DNA of 64,000 bases, from assembly GCA_037379345.1 (NCBI GenBank), contig CM074511.1, forward strand, positions 13,516,001 through 13,580,000. Reading direction: 5' to 3'. Shown here in pieces: positions 12,655 through 27,233 of this stretch (position 1 is its first letter; every line of letters begins with the position of its first letter). Under the pieces are notes generated by a model. The model searched no databases. It had not been told where the DNA came from and worked only from the letters and a program-made list of their open reading frames with translations. The stretch comes from Perna viridis (taxonomy: Eukaryota). A program made the position numbers and the translations under genes.

Positions 12655-15600
12655 TCAATGGGCATACTGTTGAAAGAATGCTACTTTAATCTTTTCTATA
12701 TGATGGCACAGTTTTATAGCAGGTCCAAGTTTTAGATCCAGGTATTCTTGTACTGTTGGCAAGTTCAGCAGTAGTAAAGCTTGTCCATCTATTTCCTGAG
12801 CAAGAAAAAAACACATCAAGTTTTTCTGTTATACTGCATAAAAAATTAATAATGTCATTTTTGTCATGTAACAAGATAAACTAGAAAAATTGTAAGCAAT
12901 GCCTACTTAATTGATATCGCACTCCCCTTTTATTAACAATAACATTTTGACCTCAAATTGGTTTGGATCAAAATTTAAAATGGGACATGAACAATGGGAA
13001 TATGTAGTAAAGATACTGTGAAAGTTTCATAGAATTCCATTCAAGGTGTAAGAGGAATTACAGATAAGAAATGCATATCCCTCTATGTAATGGTAGGAAG
13101 TACGGACTTAAGGGCAGACACCTCTATCACAAAATACCCCACTTTTGCAAGTGTGGATAGGGATGATGTATAAATTATGATTTTGTTTCAGTTTGCAGGT
13201 GACATTATAACCTCATGCTATTGCTTCTGTGAACTAGCATATTGAAAATATAGCTAGGGTTGTATAAATACAGAGCAAGGTCTGTTGGATTTATCAAATA
13301 TTCTCATCCAGGAACACATGAAATTTCAGCCACAGGATTTAAACCACAATCAATCAATGTTCAAGCTTTGTTTTGTTTCACAACTTTATGGTCCTAGAAC
13401 ATTACATGCCATTTCAGTTCCCCATAGTTTCTTGGAAATCTAGTACAGTATTTTACAACAAGTCTATGAATTACATTTATTTAGACCATTACCTGTTCCT
13501 TAAACACCCTTGCAATAGGTGCACATTCAGTCCCCTTGATAAATTGTACCACCTCCTGGACAGACCAATATAAAGGATTACTATCAAGTTTCATAGCAGT
13601 CTTTACAGGAGAAATGTGATGTGGAGAAGTTGTTGTCTGTTCCTCTTTGTTGTGGGACTTTCTCTGTTGAATATTAAATTGTATACTCTATTATTGGCAA
13701 ATAAATCAATTTCAGAAGTAAAACCCTTCATGATGGGATAAAAAAATGTGTCCATCATCTCATAGACCAAATGATTTACTTGTTGAATTTTTATACTAAA
13801 ATTAAATTATAAAGAATGATTGTTATACTTCTTTGAAATAACCTCAACACTTGAAATTACTGCTACACAGTCATTTAGTGTACACCACATGATTGAGGTT
13901 ATTTCTTCATTGACCAAAAAAATGTAACAGTCATTCTTTAATGAATTTAAAAATTCTGTATAGCTAGATACTTTACAGAAATATTAAAATAGATTAAGTG
14001 AGTGCATGATTAGATCATTTGTTCACAAAATTATAAATTAATGGTTACCCTGTTAAAAATTGTAATGTTTATTTCCAAAAAAATATTGCATTTCTTCCAT
14101 GAAAAATAAAGGTTTCCGTTCACCAACATGCATTGATAATAATGTTATTTTGCACTAGCTAAATTGTAAGGATAGACAAATAGAAGATATGGTAGAAAAT
14201 GATTTTCATAGGTAAAACTAAATCAAGAACGTCCAAGTATATATTAGCCTATTCTGGATATAGCCCAAATAACTGAAAAACCTTATTTCTAGACTAATAT
14301 GATCTAAGGCTTAGCCCATGAGAGATAGAGCTTTTTGTACACAGTTGACTTAAGTGATAATGCAATGCCATGTTGTTATATTGCTCATGTCTTGACCAAA
14401 GGGAATATGGGAGATTTTATACTTGCATAGGTCATTTCTGAAATCCGCCACCCTCTGACAATGATTTTGAGCCATTCATGTTTCAGAGCATCTACATAAA
14501 CAGGACAAATCTGACACTCCTTCCCTACATTAAAAATGTGATCCAGTTGTTAACATTGATTCATGTTTCTTTAATCATTTGTTAATAAAAAAATATAAAC
14601 AAAGAAAATGCTTACATGTGGCTTTTGCAGCGGTTTTTCCTGAATAGGAATCTTTTTATGTGTTTTCCTCTCGAAGCTATATTTGGGTAACTTAGCACCT
14701 CTAGTTTTAATATCTGATGGTAGAGGTACTTGATGAACATATTTGCGCTTGGCTGGTTTTTCACCATTGTCATTATTCTCCACAGTCTTTGTTTCACTAG
14801 TCACACTTTCCTTATCCTCCTCTCCATCCCCAACACTTCCATTTTCCTCCCCATTCCCACCATTCTCAGATAGAATATTCATTCGTCTTTTCTTCTTCTT
14901 TTTTCCAGGTTTTTTAGGTCCATTTTCTAGATTTGTATGTCCACCAGGAGGCCGTCCCACTTTCTTTTTCGGATTATAGTAAGCTAAAATAAAAGTTTTA
15001 TACAAAAATATACCATTTTAATGGACCTGTTATACTATCTATAAAAAAAGAAAAAATGTGACTCTGTATGCATGTGAAACTGTTCTGAATGAGAAGTGGA
15101 AGATTTTGCTGCAGAACCAAAGGGAGTTTAATCTAGAAGATTAAAATAAACTTAATAAAGCATATAATTTTGCAATGTTCATAACTGTAATCAATACAAA
15201 TTTAACCTTTGACCTTAGAAGCACTGTGGACCTGCTTTCAGTTCGACAGGAAGTTAACCTGTAAGACCAAGTAAGAATCTTTACTATGATAGCTTCGTAT
15301 CTTCGACAAACACAAAATGTTTATTTGTGTATAGCTCACATCTTAAATTTTGTTAAAATATGAAAAAAATAATTTCTAGTTAATGTAACACTGTAAAAGG
15401 TGTAATTATTTTTAAAATATCAATATATTCTTTGTCCTTTTTCAGGTTACACTTGCCACATATTACTCATTTCACCTCAGAAATGGACAAAATAATTAAC
15501 TTAATTCATTTTGATGGTTTAAAGTACATATATAACTTATAAAGATAGTTCATGACTTTTAAAATACTGAAATGTCGGTGAATGAGCACATTATAATATA

Positions 15601-18600
15601 TTGAATAATAACCTTCACAAACCTGAATTCTTCTGACTGTGTACTGAACTTTTTTTGTATAAATAGTTCATTTTGTGACACCACAATAGTGTAACCTTGT
15701 AACAGATCACATCCTTCCTACTATTTTATACTGTAAACAATACAGCAACCTCTATGTTTAAAAACCTAAAATAATCTTTACTTTTTTCTCATTCATAAAA
15801 AAATCTATAAACAGAAATCTAATATAGATAAATTTTTAACAAAACATCATTTTCATGTTGTTGTATGCCTAAAAAATAAAAATATTAAATATTGACAGCC
15901 TACTTACTATACTGTGTTTTTGTCAACAGCGAACACTTTTCGGGACATTCATTATTTATATATGTAGGGCTGATTAGATTTTTACAGCATTCTAACTTCA
16001 AACAAACATTTCGACAGAATTCTGGTAGATTTTCAGCCTGTCTACAAATCTCTACAATAGCTCTGTAACTTTTGCCTTTGTACCTGTAAGGCATAAAAAT
16101 AAACAAATTGCTTTCAATCTTGCTCATTAAATACCCTTTCAATTCAAGAAAGTACACAGAATTAAAGTTCAAAATACTTCATTAAAATCATGGATGTATT
16201 GCATTTCTAATAATCTTACTCCCTGTAAATATCCATTAGCAAAAAAGGTAACAAAAATGTCACAAATATATGTTCGATATTAGTTCAGTGATTGACTTGA
16301 AAAAAAATATAAAACTCTTATACATGTTGTATTATTAATCAGTTCTTTTAAAAGTATACATTTTTTTCGAACTGAAGGAACATGAAAGTTGTTTTCCCTA
16401 CATGGGAGACCAAATAGTACACTGGCAATTTTTAAGTTATTTTTTCACTTCTTATCGGATACTTATAAAAAGAACATGTAAGTAATAAGCAGGGATTTTT
16501 TCCACTAAAAATATGAGTAGGATTCTTGACATATTAAGGAAAATCTTGAAGCAAGCATCAATGCTTAGATAACATGGGGTAATTTTGACTGGTAACATAA
16601 GATTTAAAAACAGCATAACATTTTTTTGGCAGTGCATTATATTTGTATCTAATAAAAACTTTTTTCATTTGTAAGTAAAAATTTGTATAAAGATTGTATT
16701 GAGGTGTACAGATGTATTTCAGGATGTATCATTCCTATTGTTAGGTATGGCAATGCCCAATTCTTACAGAGACATGTACTTAAACCAAAGCTTACTTGGC
16801 TTTCAATGTCTGTTGATGCATATCAGGACTAGGCCTTCCTTCCAGCTGTAACTCTTTAAGAACACGGCATGGTTTGTATGCCACATTAATCAGCATGGAG
16901 AGAACTTCTTTCATCACCAGATTTATTGGACCAGGTCCAACACATTTAGGTAATGATGCAATCCTCCCTTTACTAAGATGAGGACCAGAAAAGCACTGGT
17001 GGTTGTAGTAAACCTTTGGGCACCACTCCCCACCTTAAGAAAAGTAATATTTTTTGAAAAAGTCACCTTATAAGCCATGGATTTGCTCGACAATTTAGAT
17101 AAATATATACATTTGTACAATTGTACAATTTTTTAAATCCATGAATGCACATACATACATGAAATTTATACATTCACTGAAGTTGTTTTAGTTATCAAAA
17201 TATTTCCTAAATTAAACAAATGTTTGTAACAGGGGATTTCTATAACATAAAATCCATACAGCCAAATTCTGCAACAAGTAAAATAAGTTTTATGTCTATG
17301 AATTACAATTTACAAAATTCTTGCAAATAGAAACATTGAATAAAATCTAGATTGGTGATCAGTTTGTGATGAAAACCAACTGACACAATTACTTTTTTTT
17401 TAACAAACATAGATTGTCTAGCAATATTACTTTTTATACATTCACCTGTATTAGAATGGTAGGCTTCATTTGTTGCATCATAAGTCCTAAAAAAATATTA
17501 CATAATAGAAAGAAGCATAAACATCATCACAAAGAAAAAGTTGCCTCCAAAATTGGTCACAAAGACCAAGAAGAATGGAAAGTTACACAAGCCTTGTTAA
17601 GTCTTAATTAAACCTATATAGTGACCAATATTGATTTATAAAATCTTTCCTTTACAACTTTATCTGTTTGATTCAAGTTCAACAGTTAATTAATTCTATC
17701 TATTGTCAGTTGACCATACTCAACATAGATGTATACATGCTGTGCAAGTTGGGGAGGAAGTAATTTGAGTAAGAAAAATGTAGATGCATGTAAAAGTAAC
17801 AAGTTTCAAGTTAATGAAAACTTGATGAAAGCTGACTTCAATTCATGTAGTAAATTGAAATGTATCTAGTAGAACAAAGGAAATTGAAACATATGCATAT
17901 TTTTTCATAGTAGATTTAAAATTCTGAAAAGAGTAAAAATAGCATACTCAGGAAGAACAGCAGCAGTTCTTTTAGATATAACAGGAAGTCTGAGCTGGTA
18001 TCCATTGCTTTCACACCAACCAACAGGGAACAAGTTGTGTGATTCAAAATGTTCAATATGGCTACTTCCATATATACGACTATTGTCTAGATGTATCCAC
18101 ACCAATGGTTCCACTACCTTAGAAATGGTAGCTACACAGATCTGGTTTGGATTTTCAGGATTCACAGCTTCACATTTCATTCCTTGAATGAACTCAAAAT
18201 CAAATGCTTTCTAAAAATAAACAAAATAAAATGCAATGAATTGTGGTTAAGCATCTTGTGGCAGATATTCCAGGCTTTTCAGAACATTTGACCCACTGAA
18301 CAGACTCTACTTTGTACTAGCCTGATGTTTATTATGCTAACTAGCCAAAAGCAACAGACCACAGGAAGGTATATCAACCCACTTAGACACATTATTCTAA
18401 CACCAAGTCAAACAACTGTCACTCTATCTCACTTATGCCACTTGCTTGATGGAGGAACAGTGACTACCAATGTCTATAGTCTTTAGTATGTCTCAGCCTA
18501 GAATCAAACCAATGACCTTCTACACATGAGGTGAGCAACTTCACACACGACAATCTGTGCTGGTTTGAATTTATATGAAAGTAACTATTACATTGAAAAC

Positions 18601-21600
18601 ATTTTCTATAAATCTTCATGTGTATCAAATGTCATAGAATGAAAATTAAGTTCTGACATGTATTCAGTAAAAAGATAAGGTAGCAGCAAGTTGACTAAAT
18701 ATGAAAGGAAGACTTTAATTTTCATCTTGATTACTTTTACAATCAAATTAACAATTATGTACTTCTGTAAATATTGTGTCTACAACCCAGATATGGTAAT
18801 TTGTCATAATCTAGCTTATACAGGTTTTCTATCCTCACTTTTATTCCAGTAATGTCTTATGTGGTTTTTTCAGATTGGATTTTGGCCCATACCATGCACA
18901 AATGACTAAACTAAATGTATTTATCTGCAGTGATGTCCACAAAAACTAAGCAGACACTGTAGTAACTGAAGTTGCAAGTTTATCTGACTTATAAACCAAA
19001 CTTATATCAAAGAGCCTTTAGTAAGGAGTAAATATGCACTATCTGACTGCTATACTTGTTTGAGGAGTATAATTTATCTTTTGACCAAAATACCTGTGCA
19101 AAACAACTTTCAGGTGCTGCCTCTGCATTACAATGTTCTAGGTAGTCATTCCAGGATAGTTTGGGTTTAGGCCAACCTGAAACCAATGAAACAAAGTCTT
19201 GGAAAAAACTCCCAAATAATTAATCCATATATGGCTCAACCTAAGTATAATTGTCAATACATAGCCATGCTAGATTTCCTTAATATGACAACCCCATATT
19301 AAGCTAGAATATGTGCATTATCCTGTAAACATTTGACAGATTAGAATAATTACTTACAGAACAATCATATTTTAGCCAATGTATGTGAGAAATTTCCATA
19401 ATTTGCACAATAATTTGCACAATGACAATCAAGTACTTATCATTTTATTAAGTTTGATGTACATCAAGTATGAGACAATGTATCGAACATCAGCTATCCT
19501 CATGCATGATTGGGAAATCTTAAGATTTCATTGGGTAAGATATCATAGTTGGCTAACTTGGTCCAGCCTCTTTATGGAATGATGAAATCACCCTTAAGTG
19601 ATTGAGATCTTACCTCTGCACGGAGCTTTAGATTCTTAATACATTGTAATTGAAAAAGTAACAACTGCTGTGAACACTTGACCATACATTAACTACCTTT
19701 TGGGGGAGAGACAGAGACTCCTCCATTATAGTGACACCATTTGACTGGAAAAATACATTTAGAACCAGAATGGCAGCAAAATCTGATTTTGTACTCTGGC
19801 TCAGTGTTCTCTAAATCATCAATCTCAATAACAAAGTACTGTGAATTCAGAACACTGACAACAGTAGCTGGACAGATCTGGGTTTTGTTAATAGGATTCA
19901 ATGCTTCAAGTTTCATCCCTTTCTGAAATTTATGGTCAATTATCTCCTCTTGATCCTGTAACCAAACAATTATAAAGTAACTGGAATGAATGTGAGTATA
20001 TACATATATTTACGGTTTTCTTTAAGAATCAGAGAAAGAAAGAGGGGAGAAGTTGTACATAAATCCCCCATTTTTAACAGTCTTAGTCAGTAGTTTGTGT
20101 AAGAATTGTACATCATTATAATTTTGATACAAAGAATTCTTCTTGTAAAAGGTTATTATTAAACAAAATGGTAAAATTATTCATATTATGGTCTACCCAT
20201 GACTTATATGCTGGATGGAAGAATTCTCATGTATTGTATTTTGAAACTATCCTTAGCCTGGGCAGAGGGCAACAAAACATAAAATTTCAATGGGGAGCTT
20301 GGATCAAAGAACTGAATATCATTTATTGTTTTCTCACAGGCATATGCATTTACACATGCTCATTGACGCCCTTTATTCAATACCTTTAAATTTAAAAAAA
20401 AATCATCATGATTTATATTTTATAATAAAGCTATTTGTTTTGCTTTATGGACAAGAACGCTGCATTAAGTTTTTAAGTTTTGTTTTCAAGTGTAACCCTA
20501 AATGTACCAATGCTTAGTATTAATTGTTTGTTAAAATATGAAGGCACAGCAATGGTCAGACACCAGCAAATAGTTTATCTTTGTGATAACACCTTGCAGA
20601 TCACATATACCAGTAGCTCTCTTAGAACAAATGCTTTGGAAATTATTCAGGTTTTGCCTTAACATCTTAAAACAAGAACAAGAAGACCTTATGGACAATC
20701 TGCCAGATGCCTACCATAACCATGTCCCACCTGGGGGTTAAATCTATTTTACAGTTTGCATATCTTTGGTGTGGTACTGAAATTTCCCACAAATTTTTCT
20801 CAGATATTTTCTTGGTATTTATACATGTAATTGGATTATCTCTTAGCTGACACATTAACTATGCCATATATACCAACTTCATTACCTTAAATACTGCCAA
20901 AGGTAATACACATTTTTCTGCTTCTTTCATGGATAACTTTAGAACATTAGTCCAGTCTACTTCAGTGTTTTCACCAGTTAACTCTAAAAAATATAATATT
21001 GACATTTATATGTTCCATAGTAAGAAAAATCTGAAGTAATTCAAGGCAATGTAATCCATAAACTTCTTTTCTTTCTTCATGAACATGTTGCATGCATTGT
21101 AGTGTTAGGTATACCTACACTCATACATGAAGTTAATACATGTATTGTAGTTAGCAACCAAAATCACTTACAAAATATGCCCCATGACCTACATAAAACA
21201 TTATACATCAAGACACACACCAAATTTGAAATCAATCCATCCATTTTGAGCCAAGTTTTTTGTGATGAACAATTTTCTAGATGTCATTCCTTATAGTGAT
21301 AAGTGGCAAAGTCCCATGAACCTGGAACTTGATATACAATGTATGTCCCATCTACATGAAATTACACACTAAATTTGAAATGAATTCATCCATTGAGAGG
21401 CAAATTTTTTTATGAAAATTTTCATTCCATGTAGTGGAAATTAGCAAAGTCCCACTAAACATGAAGTTGATACCAAAACCTTATTAATTAGAAGATAAAT
21501 TGTAATATAAATACCTCTTGGTGGTTGATATTTCAGCCCATTTGCCTTTGCCCAACCAACAGGATGAAGACGATGATTAAGATAAAACAACCAGAAGTCA

Positions 21601-24600
21601 TGGGTAGCTATTTCTAACCCTTCAAATCTTAGGTAAAGACGGCCTCCAACATTTTCCAAGATTTTAACCAGCCACACTTCCACAGAATTGATAGGATGCT
21701 GAAGTTCTAACCTCATTCCTTGTTTCAGTTGGTCTACTGGCGTGATTCCAGTGGTCTAAATAAAATCAAAGTAGCCCTGATGTATTTTATTTTGAATATT
21801 GCATGCCTAAATGTTTAAACCCAAACAAAACTACAAATTTATGAACATACAATGTCAAAGAATGACTGAATCAATATTATTCCAAGAAATATACATGTAT
21901 TTAATAAAATAAACATTTATTTAGAAGTATATGTGCAGTAACTGAACCGATCAATGCAACTAAAATTGTGATCGGTCACTGATAACCAATCAGTTATCGA
22001 TCCATCAAACTGATCCATTAAACCGGTGATTGCATCATGTCTATATATTTTACGGATTCCATTTTTTTGTTTGTCAATTTTTACACAAACAAATTTACAT
22101 AATGCAATAGATTTAAACACTGATTAATCACTTTTATTTTAAATTCGTTTTATTCCTAACAAAATACAATACATGGATTTAGTATCTTAAAGTAACTTCA
22201 ATATGGTTGTATATAGGATTCGTTCCACTTGAAATTCTTAAATTCACATGAACTAGTCATCCCTCATTTTACATAACAAAACTGCAATCAGATCGATCAT
22301 AGGTCATCAGTTATCGATCAGTCAGCAGTCATCATTCTGTCAAATAGTTGCTTGGATGGGTTCAGGGACCGTAATGTGAGCAAGCCAACATAAAGAAAAA
22401 CCCCTGTCGTATTAAGACTCTAAAATATGGGTACCCTAAAGTTTGATAATCTACCATTGCAGGGATTCAACAATTACTATCTTCTTCCGTACACATAAAC
22501 ATGTGATCTAACCTTTCTATTAAGTTTCATAAAAAATCAGGAGGATGTGTAAGTACAAAGGGTCCACATAACAAGATATACCTTATTCAACAGGTGGGTT
22601 GGAGTATTGCAAACATCCATTAAAGATTTGATCAACAAGCAAGGAGCCACAGAATAAGATAAACATTATCATGAATAAAGTGGCTTGAGTATTAAAAATT
22701 CCAGTCAAAGATTTGACCATAAATTAACCACGGACTTGCAGAAAAAAACATACCTTGTCCAATAAATATGCTGGAGCAGTACGAGCACCAGTCAAAGATT
22801 TTACCAAAAAATCTCTCCAATCTTCAAATTTATCTTTGATTGCTGTAATAAATTTAATCTTAGTTTCATAATGCTTAATGTGTGTGTGTATATATACCTA
22901 TATATCCAAAAAAAGCACTAAAGGCAAAACAATGTATGCTTCCACTGTTTTCTCCAAATTAAATTGTCCACTTGATTTTTTTTCATTTGAAACCTGGTGA
23001 AATAATTATTTTACTGCAATTGTGTTATATGCATGTATTTAAGTACCTTCAGGAGGCTGTAAAATCTGGTTGTTCTGTGCACACCATCCTATTGGATGAA
23101 TTTCTGAAGTCAAAAGGTCACACCAAAAATCAGCAGCACTGTCATCCTCATAGCCATCAAATCTCAGTCTCAGTAAAGGTCCACATGTCATCAACACTGA
23201 TGCTACCCAATAGGTATCCTTATTACATTTATTTGGGACTTCTAGCTTCATACCTTTCACAAAACCACTTTCCAGACTACTTTCCACCTTCAACCAGCAA
23301 TACCCAATATTATACAATGACAACTTATTCATATTTGTTTTGATAAATCAGTGAAATCTTCATAAAATTATGGTAACATAAATTCAAATGCATTTTCATG
23401 CTTAATGTTTTTAAAATTCTTTTCAAGAAATGTAGTGAAATCACATCTTTTCCTATCAATAAATAGATGATTACAGTTGTAAAATCTAGAACTTCGATAT
23501 AAATTTGGGTTTTTAATCATCAAATTACATGTATGTACAATGTAATTTTTATTATTAAAATATCTTAAAGCCCCTACCAGTATTTCATAGAAGACGAAAT
23601 CTCCACTCCTTTTCATATACATGTAAATTACACATATGATTTTACAAAATATGTTATATTTATCTATAAAACCCAATCATTACATGTTTAAAGGTTGTAG
23701 GTGGAACAGCTTGGGACCCTGTTTCTTCGAGATGTTTTTCCCAGACAAACTCTGGTTCCTCATCAACTTTCTCTTCAGCTGGAAAAAAATCAGTTTTATT
23801 TCGTGAATATTTTAGTCAACTAAATTTGACAAGAGCATTGGTAAACATAGTTTTGAAAAGCTTAAAATATGAGTAAAAGGATAATAAAACGGAAAGGGTG
23901 AATACTAGTAACCAAAATATGATCATTAGTGCCAAAGAAAGCCCAGAATCAATGAGTGCATAGACCTTGTTTTGTATACTTGAAATTTAGCAATGAATAA
24001 TGGAAGAAATCTATATAATAAATAGGATAATCAATAGGTTATCATGAATACCCAAAAAATGATCACTTGTGCCAAGAATGAATATGAACAAGTTCCGTAC
24101 AATTGTTAAATCTAAGCATTCTTTGGCACTTGTGATCATATTTTGGTTATTCACCCTTTCCAATTAATTGTCCTATTATTGATGCACTTGTTTAGTGGGT
24201 GTATAATTACCAAAGATTTAGACCTCATCCTTAAATGTTAAAACATTCAAGTTTTTATACTGATAGCAACAAAACAAAAAATGTGTTAGGCATCGAAATG
24301 TATTATATTTGAAATATTGTAAATAAGTTTACATCACTGAATACTGACTAGTGCTTTTAAACTTACATATATAACTTCATGGGTAAAGAATGAAAGGGTC
24401 TAAATTTAAAGGTAAATACCTTTCTTTTTCTTCTTGTTCTCTTCACTTTTTTGTCCCTCTTTCGATTGAATGGTAGGTAAAGGACCTTTTCCATCTTTCT
24501 CTTCAGATTCCTTAAACTCACAAGTTGTCAAAAAGTCACTTTTACCTGTATTATCAGACACTAATTTCTCCTTTTGTTCTGGTTCAGGAGGGCCACTGTC

Positions 24601-25626
24601 TTCTGTAAGGGAGATTGAAACAGTCTTATTTTGTAAAATAAGGTCATGCATATAAACATTTCTTTCTTTTTGATCTTCTGCATTGTAAGAAATTGATTCT
24701 TTGTCATTAGTTTTAACTTCAAGTAGACTGTTTTCTTTCTGATCTGTCTCCATGCACATATCTTCCTGGTGAAGTAAACTAAATTTAACATCCTGTACTG
24801 TATTTACAGACACTTTAGAGAATCCAGTGTTGGATGCATCGCTCTGTAAAATACCAGCCTTACTATTGTCTGAACAAATATTTTCTTGTATCTTGTTTTC
24901 ATCTAATGGGAGCAAACTTTCAACTGATTCACCAGGGTTCATAACAGAATTTGTAACAGAAACAACTGTATTATCTGTAGGAGTTTTCTGACCAATGACT
25001 TCTACCACAGATCCTTCTAAACCTTTAGCACTAATGTCTGAGTGTACTCCCTGGGAGTTTCCAGCAGCATCTGAGATACATGTATCCGTAGATTCGAATA
25101 GATTTTTATCACAAGCACCTAAAGTCAAAGAGGAGTCCAATTCTAATTCAGCTCTAGAAGTGCCAGCAGCAGAAGATGGAAGCATCTCTGCTGGCAGATC
25201 ATTTTCAACAGCAATGTGACAGACTTGCAAAATACTTTCAACACGTTCACCGTGATTAGTTAAAATCAATGATTCACTTCCTGGCACATTGGGTTGTAAC
25301 CTTATGTCTTCCTGTACTTCTGGGATTTCAGATGCATCTAACAAGTGAGACTGTTGAGTACATGTCTCTAACACAGTATGCTGTCCTTGAGTAGAGTCAA
25401 CTACATTTTGTTGAGCAGAATCAACCACACTTAAGCCAGATTCACACTTGCCCTCCCAACTCTCAGTTTCCATAGCTACTGCAAACATTTCTTCCTGGCC
25501 TGTTGACATCATCTGATCTCCCAATGAAGTACAGTTTTGAATGTTGATCAAATTGTTCTGCAGATTGTCTTCATTTAAGATGATCCCTTCCTCTGTCATG
25601 TCTGTAATGTTGTCAAGTGAATCCAT
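12655..25626 (-). CDS. SFMBT1: Scm-like with four MBT domains protein (SFMBT1/2 orthologue; 4x MBT, SLED, SAM), 15 coding exons, about 1236 aa
   Basis: Phase-consistent GT-AG exons: 25626-24420, 23778-23684, 23287-23047, 22842-22754, 21755-21515, 20983-20886, 19955-19697, 19176-19094, 18210-17948, 17486-17446, 17033-16796, 16083-15908, 14983-14616, 13663-13493, 12795-12655 (sum 3711 nt). MBT motifs GMKLEV..YWVASV..IHPIGWC, GMRLEL..LHPVGWA, GMKLEA..IFPVKWC and [66 protein letters not shown]...[10 protein letters not shown]...LKLGPAIKL. Confidence 0.93.
13190..13358 (+). mobile_element. Decayed SINE body and 3' tail in SFMBT intron
   Basis: gcttctgtgaactagca... ending in ttaaaccacaatcaatcaat; resembles common bivalve tRNA-SINE tails as I recall them. 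Confidence 0.45.
13811..13941. repeat. Foldback/MITE-like hairpin in SFMBT intron
   Basis: aaagaatgattgttatac...gaaataacctcaa pairs with ttgaggttatttc...tgtaacagtcattcttt. Confidence 0.6.
18315..18560 (-). mobile_element. Decayed tRNA-derived SINE (bivalve Meta-SINE-like)
   Basis: Minus strand has B-box-like GGTTTGATTCT followed by a body (actaaagactatag...gaataatgtgtctaagtggg...ctgttgcttttggctagttagca) similar to widespread bivalve SINEs as I recall them. Confidence 0.65.
23875..24178. mobile_element. MITE/foldback element with ~75-bp imperfect TIRs
   Basis: ggaaagggtgaata...aaccaaaatatgatcattagtgccaaagaa pairs with ttctttggcacttgtgatcatattttggttattcaccctttcc. Confidence 0.75.
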
Positions 25627-26212
25627 TTTAAGATTAATTTTACCTGTACATCATCTGAAAAGGAAAGATTCATAGTGATCATGGATTCCAATGATTATAT
25701 TCCTGTTAAATCCAGTCATATGTGTAAAAAAAATAAAGTGTCTGATTAAAAAAAAAAATTTCATATTTATTGTGTATATTTAATGGTGGATAAGCTACAA
25801 AAGAATAATTATGAAGTAAGGGTACAGGTAAAATATAAGGAACTACAACCAAAAATTACATGGGCCATTGACAAACATGAAAATCATTTCATAGTAAACT
25901 TCAAACAGAAGAGGTGTGTTCCAACTAAAACTGAAAGCTGAAAGAAAATGTACATATACATGTAAATTCAAGTGGGCTTTTGGGATGACACTAACACTTT
26001 TTTTACCAAGAAGAATATGTGCATGGTCAAAAATGCATTACATCAATCTTGAATTGTAATGGAAAACACAAGCATGGGAAAATGTATTAAAATGTACAAA
26101 TATATACACTGTTTAACAAATCTATTTTGCTTTTAGGAAGCAATTTTTTTTATGTAAAAAATACAAAGAAGTCTTAAAATTGACTTATTATACTGAACAA
26201 CTATGAGAAGTT

Positions 26213-27233
26213 CAGTGCCTGAAATGAGGGCAAGCCAAAATCTGGCCCAAAAATTTATTTTTCAGTTTTTGTTGAAGTGCACTATCTTTAAGGTTAGGCC
26301 TGATTACAATATGTTTTGAGGGTTTGTTTTTATCTCCACCTCCCTGTCTTTTTAAGAAGTTCCAGCCCTCTTTCAGCTTCTCCATGGTCATGCTGGCATT
26401 CAAACAAATTAGAAAATTTCCACTGTCACAACCTAAATAAAACTTCTCAGGCCTAAGACACCTACAAGCCAGATTTTATAAATACTTTCTTGAAAAATTT
26501 AACATCATTTTCTGAAATTCATATGACCTAGAGATGATGTAAGCATGGCAAATATTGAAATGATTTGAATTAAAAGACCTGAATTTTAATCTTCTTCCAC
26601 TGAACCAAATCATAACTTGTGGTCAGAATTGAATATTAAAAGATCCTTTGTAGGCAAATTTGATCTATGTTCTTCCAATTACAGGCAAAACTTCACAAAT
26701 AAGTTTCAAGTAAAAATATAACAAAATGAGGAAGGTACCTACTACCAAAGTTACACAATGTAGAACTGTATATACAATAAAAAACCAAGGAGAACTAGTG
26801 TGGTCTAGTAATGATTGATATATTGTGACCTTTAATTTGATCTGCTATTGCTCAAATTTACATTGTATTTCTATATTGTACTGGTATTAACCAATAATGA
26901 AGGCTGTTACGTATCCAGACTTTGTAAGACAACTCAGCCCTAATGATGTCAGTCAAATTGTATTCTTGGTACATGCATTTTGTAGTTCAGGTCACACTGG
27001 CATGAATTAACCACTTACCTTAAGTTATGTACAATTGTACCTTTGTCACTGAAGTGGCAAAACATAAAAACAACAAAAAATGATTAAGATTTTTTTATCT
27101 TTCTAGGATGAGGGAGTAGTTATCCGAACATTTTTTTTGGGTTAGCAACTTAATGTCTTTTGGCAACTTTTAATCACCCAAATACAAAACTGGTCGCATT
27201 TGGCAAGCGGGTGACCAGCCTTTTCAGGCACTG
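26213..27233. mobile_element. Candidate non-autonomous DNA transposon
   Basis: 12-bp TIR CAGTGCCTGAAA/TTTCAGGCACTG, flanked by AAGTT on both sides (26208-26212 and 27234-27238). Confidence 0.5.

Noticed and set aside
14930-14983. AT-hook-like [10 protein letters not shown] in SFMBT
   Set aside because: A similar GRPPGGH motif follows the SLED domain in vertebrate SFMBT proteins as I recall, so it is not novel.
16923-17120. Apparent stop or frameshift in the SFMBT SLED exon
   Set aside because: The listed ORF is in another frame. The spliced frame 17033-16796 is open ([16 protein letters not shown]).
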